Source of the DNA: an uncultured Chloroflexia bacterium
GTDB lineage: Bacteria > Chloroflexota > Ktedonobacteria > Ktedonobacterales > JADMIN01
Length of the DNA: 32,000 nucleotides
Assembly: GCA_963718915.1 (NCBI GenBank)
Contig: CAVRAI010000001.1
Coordinates: 1-32,000, forward strand
Direction of reading: 5' to 3'
Below are positions 15,795 to 25,348 of this stretch, piece after piece. The notes beneath the pieces are model-generated. The model had not been told where the DNA came from. It did no database searches and saw only the letters and a program-made list of their open reading frames with translations. Within the stretch, counting starts at the first letter, position 1; the number at the start of each line of letters is the position of its first letter. The position numbers and the translations under genes were made by a program.

Positions 15795-17726
15795 TCAGCG
15801 GTCGTCCCAGCCGGAGCCAGCGGGCGTGCCCCACTGGTCATCGGGTAGCGCGCGTGATCGCGGGCCGCCCTGCCCATATGGATCGCCGTAGCCATCCCAA
15901 CCATCGGGAGGCCCATACTGGCTGGGAGCATTGCGCACCGAACGCGCGCCGACGCCGCGGTGGGAAGGTGGACCACCCATCTGGCTCGCTGGGTCCATTT
16001 CCGCCCGGGGATCCATCTGGCCGAAATGCGCTGGAGCCTGAGGCGCGCGCCCCATCTGTCCGCCGCCTGGACGTGTTGGCGGAGCCGCCATGGGCTGTGG
16101 CATGTATGGCATCTGTGGCATAGGTGGCATGGGTTGCATGCGACCATCGGGCGCAATCGCATCGTTCGGGATGGCGTTGGGCTGGCTGCGACCGCCCACC
16201 AGATGCTGCAGATCGTCCACCACCTGTTCGAGCCGCCCGGCGCTGCGATTCGCCGCCGTCGCGCCCGAGACCAGCTGATCAGATACCTGCTGTGTCACCG
16301 TGATCGCCTTATCCATACGGTCGTTGTTCGCCTGCTGGCGGCGCGTGGCCTCGTCGATGTAGTGCGCCAGCTCCACCAGATGCTGGACTGTGCGCCGCGC
16401 CTGCTCTTCCGTCAGCCGATCCCAGTACTCGTTAAACCAGTTGCTCGCGTCGATGATGCGCTTCGCCGCCTGATTCATCGCATCGGAGAGATAGCGAACG
16501 CCCTCCAGGCCAGTGCGGCAGGCATCCACCACCCAGCGTTGCTCGCTGGCGGAGTTTTCCTGACGCGCCGCCAGGTCTTTCAGCGCGGCGGATGCTCCCT
16601 GAAGCTCCTCAACCGACCCACGCACCGGATTGGTCATACGGCTGCCGATGAAGAGGCCGATCAGCACAGCCAGAACAGCAATGACCGCGGCAGAAAGCAG
16701 CGACGTGCGAACCTGGTCGTCGGCCACTCGCGTCACGGTTGAGACCGGGCTGAGCACGAAATACGACCACGGCACATCGGTCAGCCGCACGCGCACAAAC
16801 TGGTACTGCATGCCGCTGCCGGGCTGCGCGATACCCTGGAAGGTATCTTCGGTCGCCGCCGAATCAAGCGACGACCCCACTCCCGGTAAGAGACGATCAG
16901 GCACAGCGGCCGTCGTGCCAAAACGCTGCTCGCTGGCGATCTGACTCTGTGTGGCGGCATCGAGCGGGCGCACTGCCGTAAAGCGGTCGCTCGCGTTCGG
17001 GTCGGCGATCACTACCCCGTGACCGTCGGTCATGAAGGCATAGCTGCCGTTGCCGTTCAGTCCGTGTTCACCGTCGACGATATTCCAGATGTAGTCGAGA
17101 TTCAGTGTCGCCTGCAAGAAGCCCAGCACGCTGTCAGCCTTGCCCGGCGTGGCAAAGATTGGGGTATACAGACGCACAAACGCATGCTTCGTCGCGGGAT
17201 CATAGTAGACATCGGATACCCACTGCTTACCTTCCTTGAGCACCGGGGTGAGGTCTTCCGTGGTGGGTGGCGGCGCGTCTTTCAGAGCAGCGGCGCTAGA
17301 GGTCAGTTGTACATGGCCAGTCGCGTCATAGATGCTCCAGAGTGTATAGTTGCTGTCGCGGACGATGCCGACGGCAAGCGCCCGTTGTGATGAATCCTTG
17401 TACAGAGCATTTTGCGTATCACAGGCAAGCACTGTTGGTGGCGTTGGCAACTCAGCGCATGCCAGAAAACCCACCGCTGTGGGCAACGAGGCCAATGCCT
17501 GACCATCCAGCAGCCGCTCATGAATATATGTCTGGACGAGTGTTGACTTGGCGTTGGCGTCGGTTGAAAGCGCCGCGCGACCCTGATCCAGCAGCGTTCC
17601 GCGTGAAAGATAATCGTTAATACCAACAACTGCCGCCAGCGGAATGAGCGCGGCAAAGAGTACGAGCAAGGATAGCCGTGCGGAAAGTGGCAAACGCCGT
17701 CGCTCACGCCTGTTCCCCTGAGCCAT
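15795..17726 (-). CDS. Membrane sensor: Cache-like extracytoplasmic domain, degenerate MCP-like coiled coil, P/M/G-rich tail
   Basis: An N-terminal TM segment (LSLLVLFAALIPLAAVVGI) is followed by a roughly 300-aa periplasmic region with a Cache-like pattern, then a second TM segment. The cytoplasmic helices (QENSASEQRWVV...VSDQLVSGATAANRSAGRLEQVV) resemble an MCP signalling domain. The tail reads MQPMPPMPQMPYMPQPM... The family assignment is tentative. Confidence 0.6.
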   Translation of the reverse strand: MAQGNRRERRRLPLSARLSLLVLFAALIPLAAVVGINDYLSRGTLLDQGRAALSTDANAKSTLVQTYIHERLLDGQALASLPTAVGFLACAELPTPPTVLACDTQNALYKDSSQRALAVGIVRDSNYTLWSIYDATGHVQLTSSAAALKDAPPPTTEDLTPVLKEGKQWVSDVYYDPATKHAFVRLYTPIFATPGKADSVLGFLQATLNLDYIWNIVDGEHGLNGNGSYAFMTDGHGVVIADPNASDRFTAVRPLDAATQSQIASEQRFGTTAAVPDRLLPGVGSSLDSAATEDTFQGIAQPGSGMQYQFVRVRLTDVPWSYFVLSPVSTVTRVADDQVRTSLLSAAVIAVLAVLIGLFIGSRMTNPVRGSVEELQGASAALKDLAARQENSASEQRWVVDACRTGLEGVRYLSDAMNQAAKRIIDASNWFNEYWDRLTEEQARRTVQHLVELAHYIDEATRRQQANNDRMDKAITVTQQVSDQLVSGATAANRSAGRLEQVVDDLQHLVGGRSQPNAIPNDAIAPDGRMQPMPPMPQMPYMPQPMAAPPTRPGGGQMGRAPQAPAHFGQMDPRAEMDPASQMGGPPSHRGVGARSVRNAPSQYGPPDGWDGYGDPYGQGGPRSRALPDDQWGTPAGSGWDDR

Positions 17727-18110
17727 CGATCAAACACCTCATTTCAGCAAGCGGGAATCTCTTGCGCTCGATCTCGGCGCTTCCCTGACGCTTCCGCGAT
17801 TCACTATGAAAAACCGTGCCTGCGCGCAAAGATCCCCGGATATTCCACACCAATGAGACCTATTTACCCACTGCCGCGTCTGGCCGCGACCGCATCCAGC
17901 GGAAAGCCTGAGCGCCGTGAGCAAGCAATCATGCGGAGACCATAGCACGCATAAGGATACTGTTGATGAGATAACACTTTATCGTGCCATGAGCAGTGGC
18001 TACATCAGAAAATATCAGTACTTTCGGATAGAGCGCTGGAGCCTGCGGGTGCTTAGAATCCGCGCACCCCGTGTAACTCTACGCAAGAATAGGCGCGTGG
18101 GTTAGTAGAT

Positions 18111-18902
18111 TCAGAAGATCAGGCCGTAACCCTTCAGGTCATTCAGAAGCTGGTAGACTTCTTCGACGGACTTCGAGGCGAGGCGCGCCATATCGACAAT
18201 CGTGTGTTGTCCGTTCGCCAGCAGCAACACCGTCCGATGGCCACGAGAGAGGCTATAGGTCGCCACCAGGGTGTTCAGGTCGCGCACATCCGGCGTCCGG
18301 CGTGGCATCTGCTGGTCGGGGGGATATGGCGCCGAGCGATAGCCCGCGCCAGACCCAGACGGCGAAGTCGGTGGAGGCGAAATTGGTGGATTGGAAAAGC
18401 CCCAGACGCCTGAGTTACCCAGGTTGGGCGCGCTAGTGTTTGGCATATTGGGCGCGCTATGGTTCATGCCCGGCGCCATGTTAGGCGCGCTGGTTCCATA
18501 TCCCCCCCAGCCATTCCCACTGGCGCCACTATTGGGGGCGGTATGACGCGGTGTAGGCCATGGAGGCTGGCCATTCTCATCATAGCCCGTGCTGACGCCA
18601 AACGGCGTGCCGTCACTGTCGACGGCGGGCAAGAGGCCAGAGAAATTGGGGATGGGACGCGGCGCGGACGGATCAAAGGCGAAGCGGCATGTCCCCCAGC
18701 GCACCAGCACATTGAGCGCATCGCGGCCATCGAGCGGGCCGAGCGTCGCATAGACAGGATGTCCCGATATGAAGTAAATCTCGCCTTCTTCCAGCCCGTT
18801 CGCATCCCGTTCAGCGGAAAGCAAACCCGTACGCCGTCCCAGTTCAACCACTTCAATCACGTTGGCAAGGCGATTCGTTGCCGTCACTCTGGACTTGGCC
18901 AT
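18111..18902 (-). CDS. DUF4388 (PatA-N-like) domain protein
   Basis: The N-terminus VIEVVELGRRTGLLSAERDANGLEEGEIYFISGHPVYATLGPLDGRDALNVLVRWGTCRFAF matches the DUF4388 pattern. The middle is low-complexity (SAPNM x3). The C-terminus is a small helical domain. Confidence 0.7.
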   Translation of the reverse strand: MAKSRVTATNRLANVIEVVELGRRTGLLSAERDANGLEEGEIYFISGHPVYATLGPLDGRDALNVLVRWGTCRFAFDPSAPRPIPNFSGLLPAVDSDGTPFGVSTGYDENGQPPWPTPRHTAPNSGASGNGWGGYGTSAPNMAPGMNHSAPNMPNTSAPNLGNSGVWGFSNPPISPPPTSPSGSGAGYRSAPYPPDQQMPRRTPDVRDLNTLVATYSLSRGHRTVLLLANGQHTIVDMARLASKSVEEVYQLLNDLKGYGLIF

Positions 18903-19092
18903 GATGTTTTTGTGCGCCTCTCGCCGCAGAAGCCTCTACGGTCTGCCCCCCGCTATCACATACATCCTGCGATCACATCCTGTGATGTCGCCGCCAATGC
19001 CTCATCAGTATAGCATGTTATGCGAAGTAGTAGCTCATCACACTTCGTCAAAATGAGACAGAAATCCCATAGGTTGACACCTGCCACTTGCC

Positions 19093-20187
19093 CTAGCCGT
19101 TTTGCTGCTGTTTTGCCTGCTCGGCCAGATCTTTCACCAGTTGCGCGTGCTCCTTGGAACAGACCAGGACGCCCTCTGGCGTATCCACAATCACCAGTCC
19201 CTCGACGCCCGCCGTCGCGACACGCCGACCAGTTGTGCTGAAGACCAGCGTATCGCCTGTCCGCACGTTCAGATGCTGTTCCGCGCTGATGCCGACGATG
19301 GTATTGCCCGCATCGTCGCAGGGATGCAGGGTCGCGACCTGCGCCCAGCTTCCAATATCGTTCCAACCCACCGAAACAGGGATAACGGCGATACGGTCGG
19401 CGCGCTCCATGATGCCGACGTCGATGGTGACGTTCTCGGTCAACCGTTGCCACGCCCGCTGCATCACCTGCTCGACCTCCGCCGTCATGCGCCCGCTCGT
19501 CTGTCGGGCCGCGGCGCCGATCTCATCGAGCACGTCGGCGATCTGTGGCACGTGCCTGCGCATCTCATCGAGGATACGGTCAACACGCCAGACGAATATG
19601 CCGGAGTTCCAGCTATAATGGCCCGCGCGCAGATACTCCTCAGCCACCTCACGCTTTGGCTTCTCGACGAAGCGGCTCACCGTATACGCCGCCAGCTCGC
19701 CCGATGTCATGAGCGGCTGGCCCGCCTGGATGTAGCCGTAGCCAGTCTCGGCATAGGTTGGCGTGATGCCCAGCGTCACCAGATAGCCTTCGCGCGCCAC
19801 CTGTTCGGCGAAGGCCAGCGCCCGACGGAATCCCTCGACATCGGCAATCGCCGCGTCGGCATGAAACGACGCCATGATGGCGGTTGGTTCGCGGGCGGCG
19901 ATCAGTGTGGCGGCGAGGCCAATTGATGCGGCGGTGCCCCGTCCCAGCGGCTCGGCGAGGATGTGCTCGGCTGGCAGCGCGGGCAGTTGTTCGGCCACCG
20001 ACTGGCGGTATTGCGCGAAGGTCACGACATACAGTTCGTCGGGAGTGGCGAATGGCGCGACACGCTCGACGGTCTCTTGCAACATCGTACGATCACTCAG
20101 CAGACGGAGAAATTGCTTGGGGGTTTCCTGGGTGCTCAGAGGCCAGAGGCGCGTCCCGCTGCCGCCAGCCAGAATGGATGCATACAT
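19093..20187 (-). CDS. Mannose-1-phosphate guanylyltransferase (GDP-mannose synthesis)
   Basis: The N-terminus is MYASILAGGSGTRLWPLS...PKQFL. The size (364 aa) is typical of ManC-type nucleotidyltransferases without a PMI domain. Confidence 0.8.
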   Translation of the reverse strand: MYASILAGGSGTRLWPLSTQETPKQFLRLLSDRTMLQETVERVAPFATPDELYVVTFAQYRQSVAEQLPALPAEHILAEPLGRGTAASIGLAATLIAAREPTAIMASFHADAAIADVEGFRRALAFAEQVAREGYLVTLGITPTYAETGYGYIQAGQPLMTSGELAAYTVSRFVEKPKREVAEEYLRAGHYSWNSGIFVWRVDRILDEMRRHVPQIADVLDEIGAAARQTSGRMTAEVEQVMQRAWQRLTENVTIDVGIMERADRIAVIPVSVGWNDIGSWAQVATLHPCDDAGNTIVGISAEQHLNVRTGDTLVFSTTGRRVATAGVEGLVIVDTPEGVLVCSKEHAQLVKDLAEQAKQQQNG

Positions 20188-20315
20188 CGGTCTCTGATTC
20201 TCAACTTCCTCGGATATATCGGAGCATGACGCTCTCGTTCACAGCGCATGGGTGTGCTGTCATGGTATCCGATATTGCGCGCAGGTACAAGGAGGGTAGG
20301 TTGCGAGCAACATTC

Positions 20316-20828
20316 TTACAGTATCCAGTCGCGGCGAGTGGCGAAGGCGTCGAGCGCATGCTCCTGCTCGCGGTTTTCCACCGCGCCGGGGCAGACCGCC
20401 CGCACGCGAGACAGCGCTTGCGCGGGGGGTGCGCCCAAGCGCACGAGATATGCCGCCAGTATGACACCAGTGCGCCCCTGACCCATCTTGCAATGTACCA
20501 CCACGGGCTTCCCGCGCACGCGCTGCCAGTCGATGAAACGGAGCGCGCGATCAAACTGTTCGGGGGATGGCGCGGTCATATCGACCACCGGCAGATGGAG
20601 CGACTCCAGCCCGTAGCGTTCGAGCGCGGCGGCGTCCAGCGGCGTCTCCGTCATCGTGAGCACCGCGCCGATACTTTGCTCGCGCAACCAGGCGAGATCA
20701 GCGTCCAGCGCCGCCAGCGCGCCATCATCTTCCAGCGCTTCCAGCGCGCCCGCGTGTCGTGTGACACTGCCACCGGGCCGGGCACAGCCCGCCAGCGCAT
20801 CCTCGATCAGCCAGTAGAATCCGCGCAT
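20316..20828 (-). CDS. Dual-specificity (Cys-based) protein-tyrosine-phosphatase-fold phosphatase
   Basis: The active-site loop VVVHCKMGQGRTGV matches HCxxGxxR(T/S). ATG 20828 is preceded by GGAG. The track ORF starts at a GTG at 20870 whose SD-like sequence directly abuts it. Confidence 0.8.
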   Translation of the reverse strand: MRGFYWLIEDALAGCARPGGSVTRHAGALEALEDDGALAALDADLAWLREQSIGAVLTMTETPLDAAALERYGLESLHLPVVDMTAPSPEQFDRALRFIDWQRVRGKPVVVHCKMGQGRTGVILAAYLVRLGAPPAQALSRVRAVCPGAVENREQEHALDAFATRRDWIL

Positions 20829-21087
20829 GGTACGCTCCAGTGTTCGCCCGTTAGCCTCGCCCGCTGGCACCCTCTTACGAGCAGATGGGAACCAGGGGGC
20901 GGCGTGTATATTCTCACAATCCCGTCACAGTTTTGGCGGCCTATAAAACCCCCTCCAGCAGTGTAAGCGCTACGCCTACGCCCGCGCACCCGTCATTTCG
21001 GCAGGCGCGCCACTCCCCGAACGGCGAGTATCCGCGCGGCGCGCATGCGACATCGATGAGGGATGTAGCGCAAAGCTCAACAGACTC

Positions 21088-21159
21088 TTGACAAGAATGC
21101 GAGACTCAGGTACATATATAGCGATCCTTTATATAGGATTTGTTTATATAGCGGGCCTT
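21088..21159 (+). promoter_or_regulatory. Promoter-like region with a 3 x 15-bp tandem TATATAG(C/G)G array upstream of arsR-ino1
   Basis: TTGACA lies at 21088-21093, followed by a 17-nt spacer and TACATA. Three 15-bp units start at 21115, 21130 and 21145: TATATAGCGATCCTT, TATATAGGATTTGTT and TATATAGCGGGCCTT. This is an AT-rich island in a GC-rich genome. Confidence 0.5.
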
Positions 21160-21233
21160 GATGTATTTGGCGGGAGATTCAGCACAGTGTCGTGCGGATA
21201 CGTGCTCCTCCGCCTCGGCTGAAGGCGGAGCGA

Positions 21234-21677
21234 ATGACGCAGACTGGCACACCCACCGGCTGGCAAGACTACATCGAACTGGAAAAGCTGACGCGCGCGC
21301 TAGCCGATAAAGTGCGTCTGAACATCGTGCGTATTCTGGCCAACAGCCAGGAGGTGAACGTCACCGACCTCACGCAGCAGTTGCTGATTAGCCAGCCGCT
21401 GGTCTCGTGGCATCTGGCGATTCTACGACGCAACGGACTGGTGCGGACACGGCGGCAAGGGCGACAGGTCTATTGCTCGCTCGATGTCGCGCGGTGTCAG
21501 CAAAGTCTGCGTCAGCTTGGTGATGTCATTAGTGGCGCTAGTGTCGCTCCCGCCGCTCCGGCCGCGGAGGCGCCATCAGCAACGGTGGTCGCGCCGGTCG
21601 GCGAGACAGACGCGACAAATACACCTGGCACAGTGGCGGGCAAGCCAAATGGCGCCAGGCCCGCGCAACAGTTCTAA
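21234..21677 (+). CDS. ArsR/SmtB-family HTH transcriptional regulator
   Basis: The winged-HTH core is [64 protein letters not shown] 21234 follows AAGGCGGAG. The track ORF starts at 21192. Confidence 0.85.
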   Translation: MTQTGTPTGWQDYIELEKLTRALADKVRLNIVRILANSQEVNVTDLTQQLLISQPLVSWHLAILRRNGLVRTRRQGRQVYCSLDVARCQQSLRQLGDVISGASVAPAAPAAEAPSATVVAPVGETDATNTPGTVAGKPNGARPAQQF

Positions 21678-21774
21678 ATCACATGGGGGTTCCGCTATCA
21701 TTTTGTCCGGGCATACTCCGGGCGCGATGGCAGCAGTTTGCACACACGATCTGTATTTCAGGAGGCAGGGCAAC

Positions 21775-22950
21775 TTGGGCAAGAAGAAAGTGCGCGTTGG
21801 CATCATTGGCGTGGGTAACTGCGCATCGTCACTCGTGCAGGGCGTCGAATATTATCGAAACGCCGCCGATGATGATTTCATTCCTGGACTGATGCACGTC
21901 AACCTTGGCGGCTACCACATCAGCGACATCGAATTCTCCGCCGCGATTGATATCGACGCGGACAAAGTCGGCAAAGACCTGAGCGAAGCGGTCTTCTCCG
22001 GGCAGAACAATACCTACAAGTTTGCCAGCGTCCCGACGAAGGGTGTCAAGGTTGAGCGTGGCATGACCCATGACGGGTTGGGCAAATACCTCTCGCAGGT
22101 CATCACCAAAGCGCCCGGCAAGACCACCGATATCGTCAAGCTGCTTCAGGATACCGGCACCGATGTCGTCATCAACTATCTGCCCGTCGGCAGTGAGACA
22201 GCCACCAAGTGGTATGTGGAGCAGATCCTTCAGGCAGGCTGCGGTTTCGTCAACTGCATCCCGGTCTTCATTGGCCGCGAGCAATACTGGTGCGAGCGCT
22301 TCGAGGAAGTGAAACTGCCCATCATCGGCGATGACATCAAGAGCCAGGTGGGCGCCACCATCATCCACCGCACGCTTGCCCGCCTCTTCCGCGAACGCGG
22401 CGTCAAGCTGGAGCGCACGATGCAGCTCAACGTTGGCGGCAACACCGACTTCTACAACATGCTCGAGCGCGAGCGCCTCGAATCCAAGAAGATCTCCAAG
22501 ACGAACGCCGTCACCAGCCAGCTCGACTACGATATCGGCGCCGACAACGTCCACATCGGCCCCAGCGACTATGTGGCCTGGCTATCCGACCGCAAGTGGG
22601 CCTACATCCGCCTGGAGGGGCGCACCTTCGGCGACGTGCCGCTCAACGTCGAACTGAAGCTCGAAGTGTGGGATTCGCCCAACTCCGCTGGTGTTGTCAT
22701 CGATGCGGTGCGCTGCGCCAAGCTGGCGAAGGACGCGGGCGTCGGCGGCGCGCTGCTTGGCCCGTCGGCCTATTTCATGAAGTCACCGGCCATCCAGTAT
22801 ACCGACGAGCAGGCCCGCCTGATGACCGAAGAGTTCATCGCCGAGTTCGCGCAGGGCGCGCCATCCGCCGCCGAGGCGAAGACCCGCGCCACGGCCAATG
22901 GCCACAGCGAGACGCCCGTCGCCGTACAGGATATGCCCGAATCCAACTAG
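21775..22950 (+). CDS. ino1: myo-Inositol-1-phosphate synthase
   Basis: Long stretches match the mycobacterial Ino1 sequence as I recall it: [60 protein letters not shown] and [20 protein letters not shown] place the start at TTG 21775, 9 nt after AGGAGG. The track ORF (from 21484) overlaps arsR. Confidence 0.92.
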   Translation: MGKKKVRVGIIGVGNCASSLVQGVEYYRNAADDDFIPGLMHVNLGGYHISDIEFSAAIDIDADKVGKDLSEAVFSGQNNTYKFASVPTKGVKVERGMTHDGLGKYLSQVITKAPGKTTDIVKLLQDTGTDVVINYLPVGSETATKWYVEQILQAGCGFVNCIPVFIGREQYWCERFEEVKLPIIGDDIKSQVGATIIHRTLARLFRERGVKLERTMQLNVGGNTDFYNMLERERLESKKISKTNAVTSQLDYDIGADNVHIGPSDYVAWLSDRKWAYIRLEGRTFGDVPLNVELKLEVWDSPNSAGVVIDAVRCAKLAKDAGVGGALLGPSAYFMKSPAIQYTDEQARLMTEEFIAEFAQGAPSAAEAKTRATANGHSETPVAVQDMPESN

Positions 22951-23315
22951 CCCTGATGGCTGGCGCTAAAGCCGCGCCTAGGGGCCTGCGGGCCGCAAAG
23001 GCCGCCTGCGCGGCCTCCAGAACACGTTCCAAGTGTCGTGTCTGGAGTCTGCGCAGGCAGGCTTCGTGGCGGAGCGGAGCGCAGCCCTTAGCCCCGCGTT
23101 CACGCGCCGGGTGCTGTCCAAAGTACATTGTAAAGGGTCTCACCCATTTCTCGTAGTTGTGTTGCGCTTATCAGGCAACTCCTGTTACTCTTTCCCCGGC
23201 GAGTCTGCCGCTACGCTGCCGCTATGCTGGCGTCGGGCAGGTCGGGGGAGCGCGTTTTGAGACGTCGTTTTTCGCTGCTCCGCCTGCTGAGCGATGCATC
23301 GCTAGGAGCGAGCCG

Positions 23316-24293
23316 TTGGTCTACTATCTCACCCGTTTCGCAAGCTGGCTCGCTGGCCGCGTACCCCGCCAGGTACGGCTCGCCCTCGCCGGGCCAATCA
23401 CAGTGCTGGTTTACTACGCCTGGGTCGCCAAGCGGCGCGTGACCATCGCCAATATGGCGCACGTGCTGGGCGTGCCAGAGAATGACCCACGCGCAAAACG
23501 GCTGGCGCGGGACTCGTGGCGCAACTACGGACGCTATATTTCAGACTTCTTCTATCTTCCTAATGCGACCTTCGACGAACTGCTGGCGCGCATGAAAGAC
23601 GTCACCCCGGCGCCGGGCGCATTCCATTATATCGATCAGGCGCTCGCTCCCGGCAAAGGCGTCATCCTCGTCTCGTTTCACTTCGGCGCGTGGGATGTCG
23701 CCGCAGTGATGGTGCGCAGCCACGTTCCCATCGCAATCATCGTCGAGTCTTTCGACGACCCACGCATGGATAAACTGGTGATGGAGCAACGGGGCAAACT
23801 CGGCCTGGGCATCATTCGCATCGAGAAGACGCCACGCCGCATTTTACGCGCGCTACAAGGGAATCAGGTTGTCGCCGTGGCAGTTGATAAGCCAGCGCCG
23901 CCAGATCAGGGTGTGCCGGTCACCTTCTTTGGCAAGACCTGTTATGTTCCCGGTGGGATCGCCCAACTTGCCCTCAAGTCGGGCGCGACGATTCTTCCGG
24001 GATACTGCCGTTACGACAAAAACTATTCTGAAACGTATTACTTAGGAGCAATGCCTCCCATCTTCCCGCACCCTACCGGCGACAAACAGGCCGATACCGT
24101 CGGGTTAATGCAGCAGATGTTCGACGTGATGGAGGAAATCATCCGGCAATACCCCGATCAATGGGAAATGTTCCGCCGATTCTGGCCTCAGGACGACGCG
24201 CCCACATTGCAGAGCGCCACACCTGAGTCGCAAGCGCCAGCAGCGGCAAAAGCGGCAGCCAGTCTGGCGTCAGGAGAGCACGCCAATGACTAA
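23316..24293 (+). CDS. Lysophospholipid/lipid A-type acyltransferase (HtrB/LpxL/PatA-like), copy 1
   Basis: The family pattern is present: YYLTRFASWLAGRVP...ANMAHVLG...GKGVILVSFHFGAWD...GKTCYVPGGIAQLALKSGA. The HFGAWD segment supplies an H(x)4D-like acyltransferase motif. The proposed start is TTG 23316, 7 nt after AGGAG. The track ORF begins at 23157. Confidence 0.75.
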   Translation: MVYYLTRFASWLAGRVPRQVRLALAGPITVLVYYAWVAKRRVTIANMAHVLGVPENDPRAKRLARDSWRNYGRYISDFFYLPNATFDELLARMKDVTPAPGAFHYIDQALAPGKGVILVSFHFGAWDVAAVMVRSHVPIAIIVESFDDPRMDKLVMEQRGKLGLGIIRIEKTPRRILRALQGNQVVAVAVDKPAPPDQGVPVTFFGKTCYVPGGIAQLALKSGATILPGYCRYDKNYSETYYLGAMPPIFPHPTGDKQADTVGLMQQMFDVMEEIIRQYPDQWEMFRRFWPQDDAPTLQSATPESQAPAAAKAAASLASGEHAND

Positions 24294-25293
24294 GTTGCGC
24301 GCCTTCCGTCTGGCGGGAGCCATTGTCCCGCTCATCCCGATGTGGCTGGCCTATCCTGGCGCCCGCTTCATTGGCATGGTGATCTGGGCGTTCCATGGGC
24401 AACTGCGGCGCCGGGTCGAGCGTAACCTTCGTCATGTGCCCACGCTTGTCAGCGACCCCGTTGCACTGCATCGCGCCACACGCGGTGTCTTCGAGCATAT
24501 GGTGCTCAATTATCTCGACTTCCTGCGTGGCCCACACCTCACCGAGAAAGAGGTGCTGGCGGGGTGGACGACCGACGGCGAAGAACTCATCACTGAGGCC
24601 ATCGAGCGCGGGAACGGACTTATCGTCGTCAGCGCCCATTTTGGCAACTTCGAGTATGGCGTATCACGGCTGGGCGCCATCGGCTACCGCATGACGACTC
24701 CGGCAGAGCGGATGCAGCCAGAGGCGCTCTATCAGTGGGTCTGCGAAACGCGCGAACACTACAACCTGCGGCTTTTCCCGGCGGATAGTCGCGAGACGCT
24801 CCGTGAGATGAGGAACGCCCTTAAGCGCAACGAATTGGTGTTGATCGCCGCCGACCGCTACATTATCGGATCAAGCACCGAAGTACCCTTCTTTGGCGAA
24901 CCAGCGCGCTTGCCAACGTCGCCATTCGCACTGGCGCTCAAGACAGGCGCGCCCATTGTTGGGTCATTCTCCTGGCGGCTGGGGCGAGGACGCTCCCATG
25001 GGGTCGTCATTCCGCTGGATATTCAGCCAGAACCGAAGGATTCGGAAGGCGTCGGCAGCGCAGCCACACGCGCCCGTTCCGAAGAAGCTACCGCGCGGGC
25101 GGTAGGCATGTATGTGAAGCAGCTCGAGCGGCTCATCACGATGTATCCGGAGCAGTGGGTTTCGACGCTGGCGCCCATCTGGGATACGGACGATATGCAA
25201 GAGGCCGACGAACAGCAGCGCGCTGCCGACAGCACAGCATCGGCGCCAAGTAATAACCAGCCAGCGAGACCATCAGCCATCCCATCCGCATGA
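24286..25293 (+). CDS. Lysophospholipid/lipid A-type acyltransferase (HtrB/LpxL/PatA-like), copy 2
   Basis: Paralogous pattern: RNLRHV...GNGLIVVSAHFGNFEY...FFGEPARLPTSPFALALKTGAP. The ATG overlaps the stop region of copy 1 by 8 nt, and AGGAGAG lies upstream. Confidence 0.75.
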   Translation: MTKLRAFRLAGAIVPLIPMWLAYPGARFIGMVIWAFHGQLRRRVERNLRHVPTLVSDPVALHRATRGVFEHMVLNYLDFLRGPHLTEKEVLAGWTTDGEELITEAIERGNGLIVVSAHFGNFEYGVSRLGAIGYRMTTPAERMQPEALYQWVCETREHYNLRLFPADSRETLREMRNALKRNELVLIAADRYIIGSSTEVPFFGEPARLPTSPFALALKTGAPIVGSFSWRLGRGRSHGVVIPLDIQPEPKDSEGVGSAATRARSEEATARAVGMYVKQLERLITMYPEQWVSTLAPIWDTDDMQEADEQQRAADSTASAPSNNQPARPSAIPSA

Positions 25294-25348
25294 GCGCCAC
25301 GGACAGCGTGGACTGCACGGATGGGGGAAGCAAAGAAAGAATCTATTT

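Noticed and set aside
21484-21774. N-terminal 97-codon extension of the ino1 ORF, overlapping the end of arsR.
   Set aside because: Similarity to Ino1 begins only at [14 protein letters not shown]. An AGGAGG-9 nt-TTG start sits at 21775. The extension would overlap arsR by about 190 nt in another frame.
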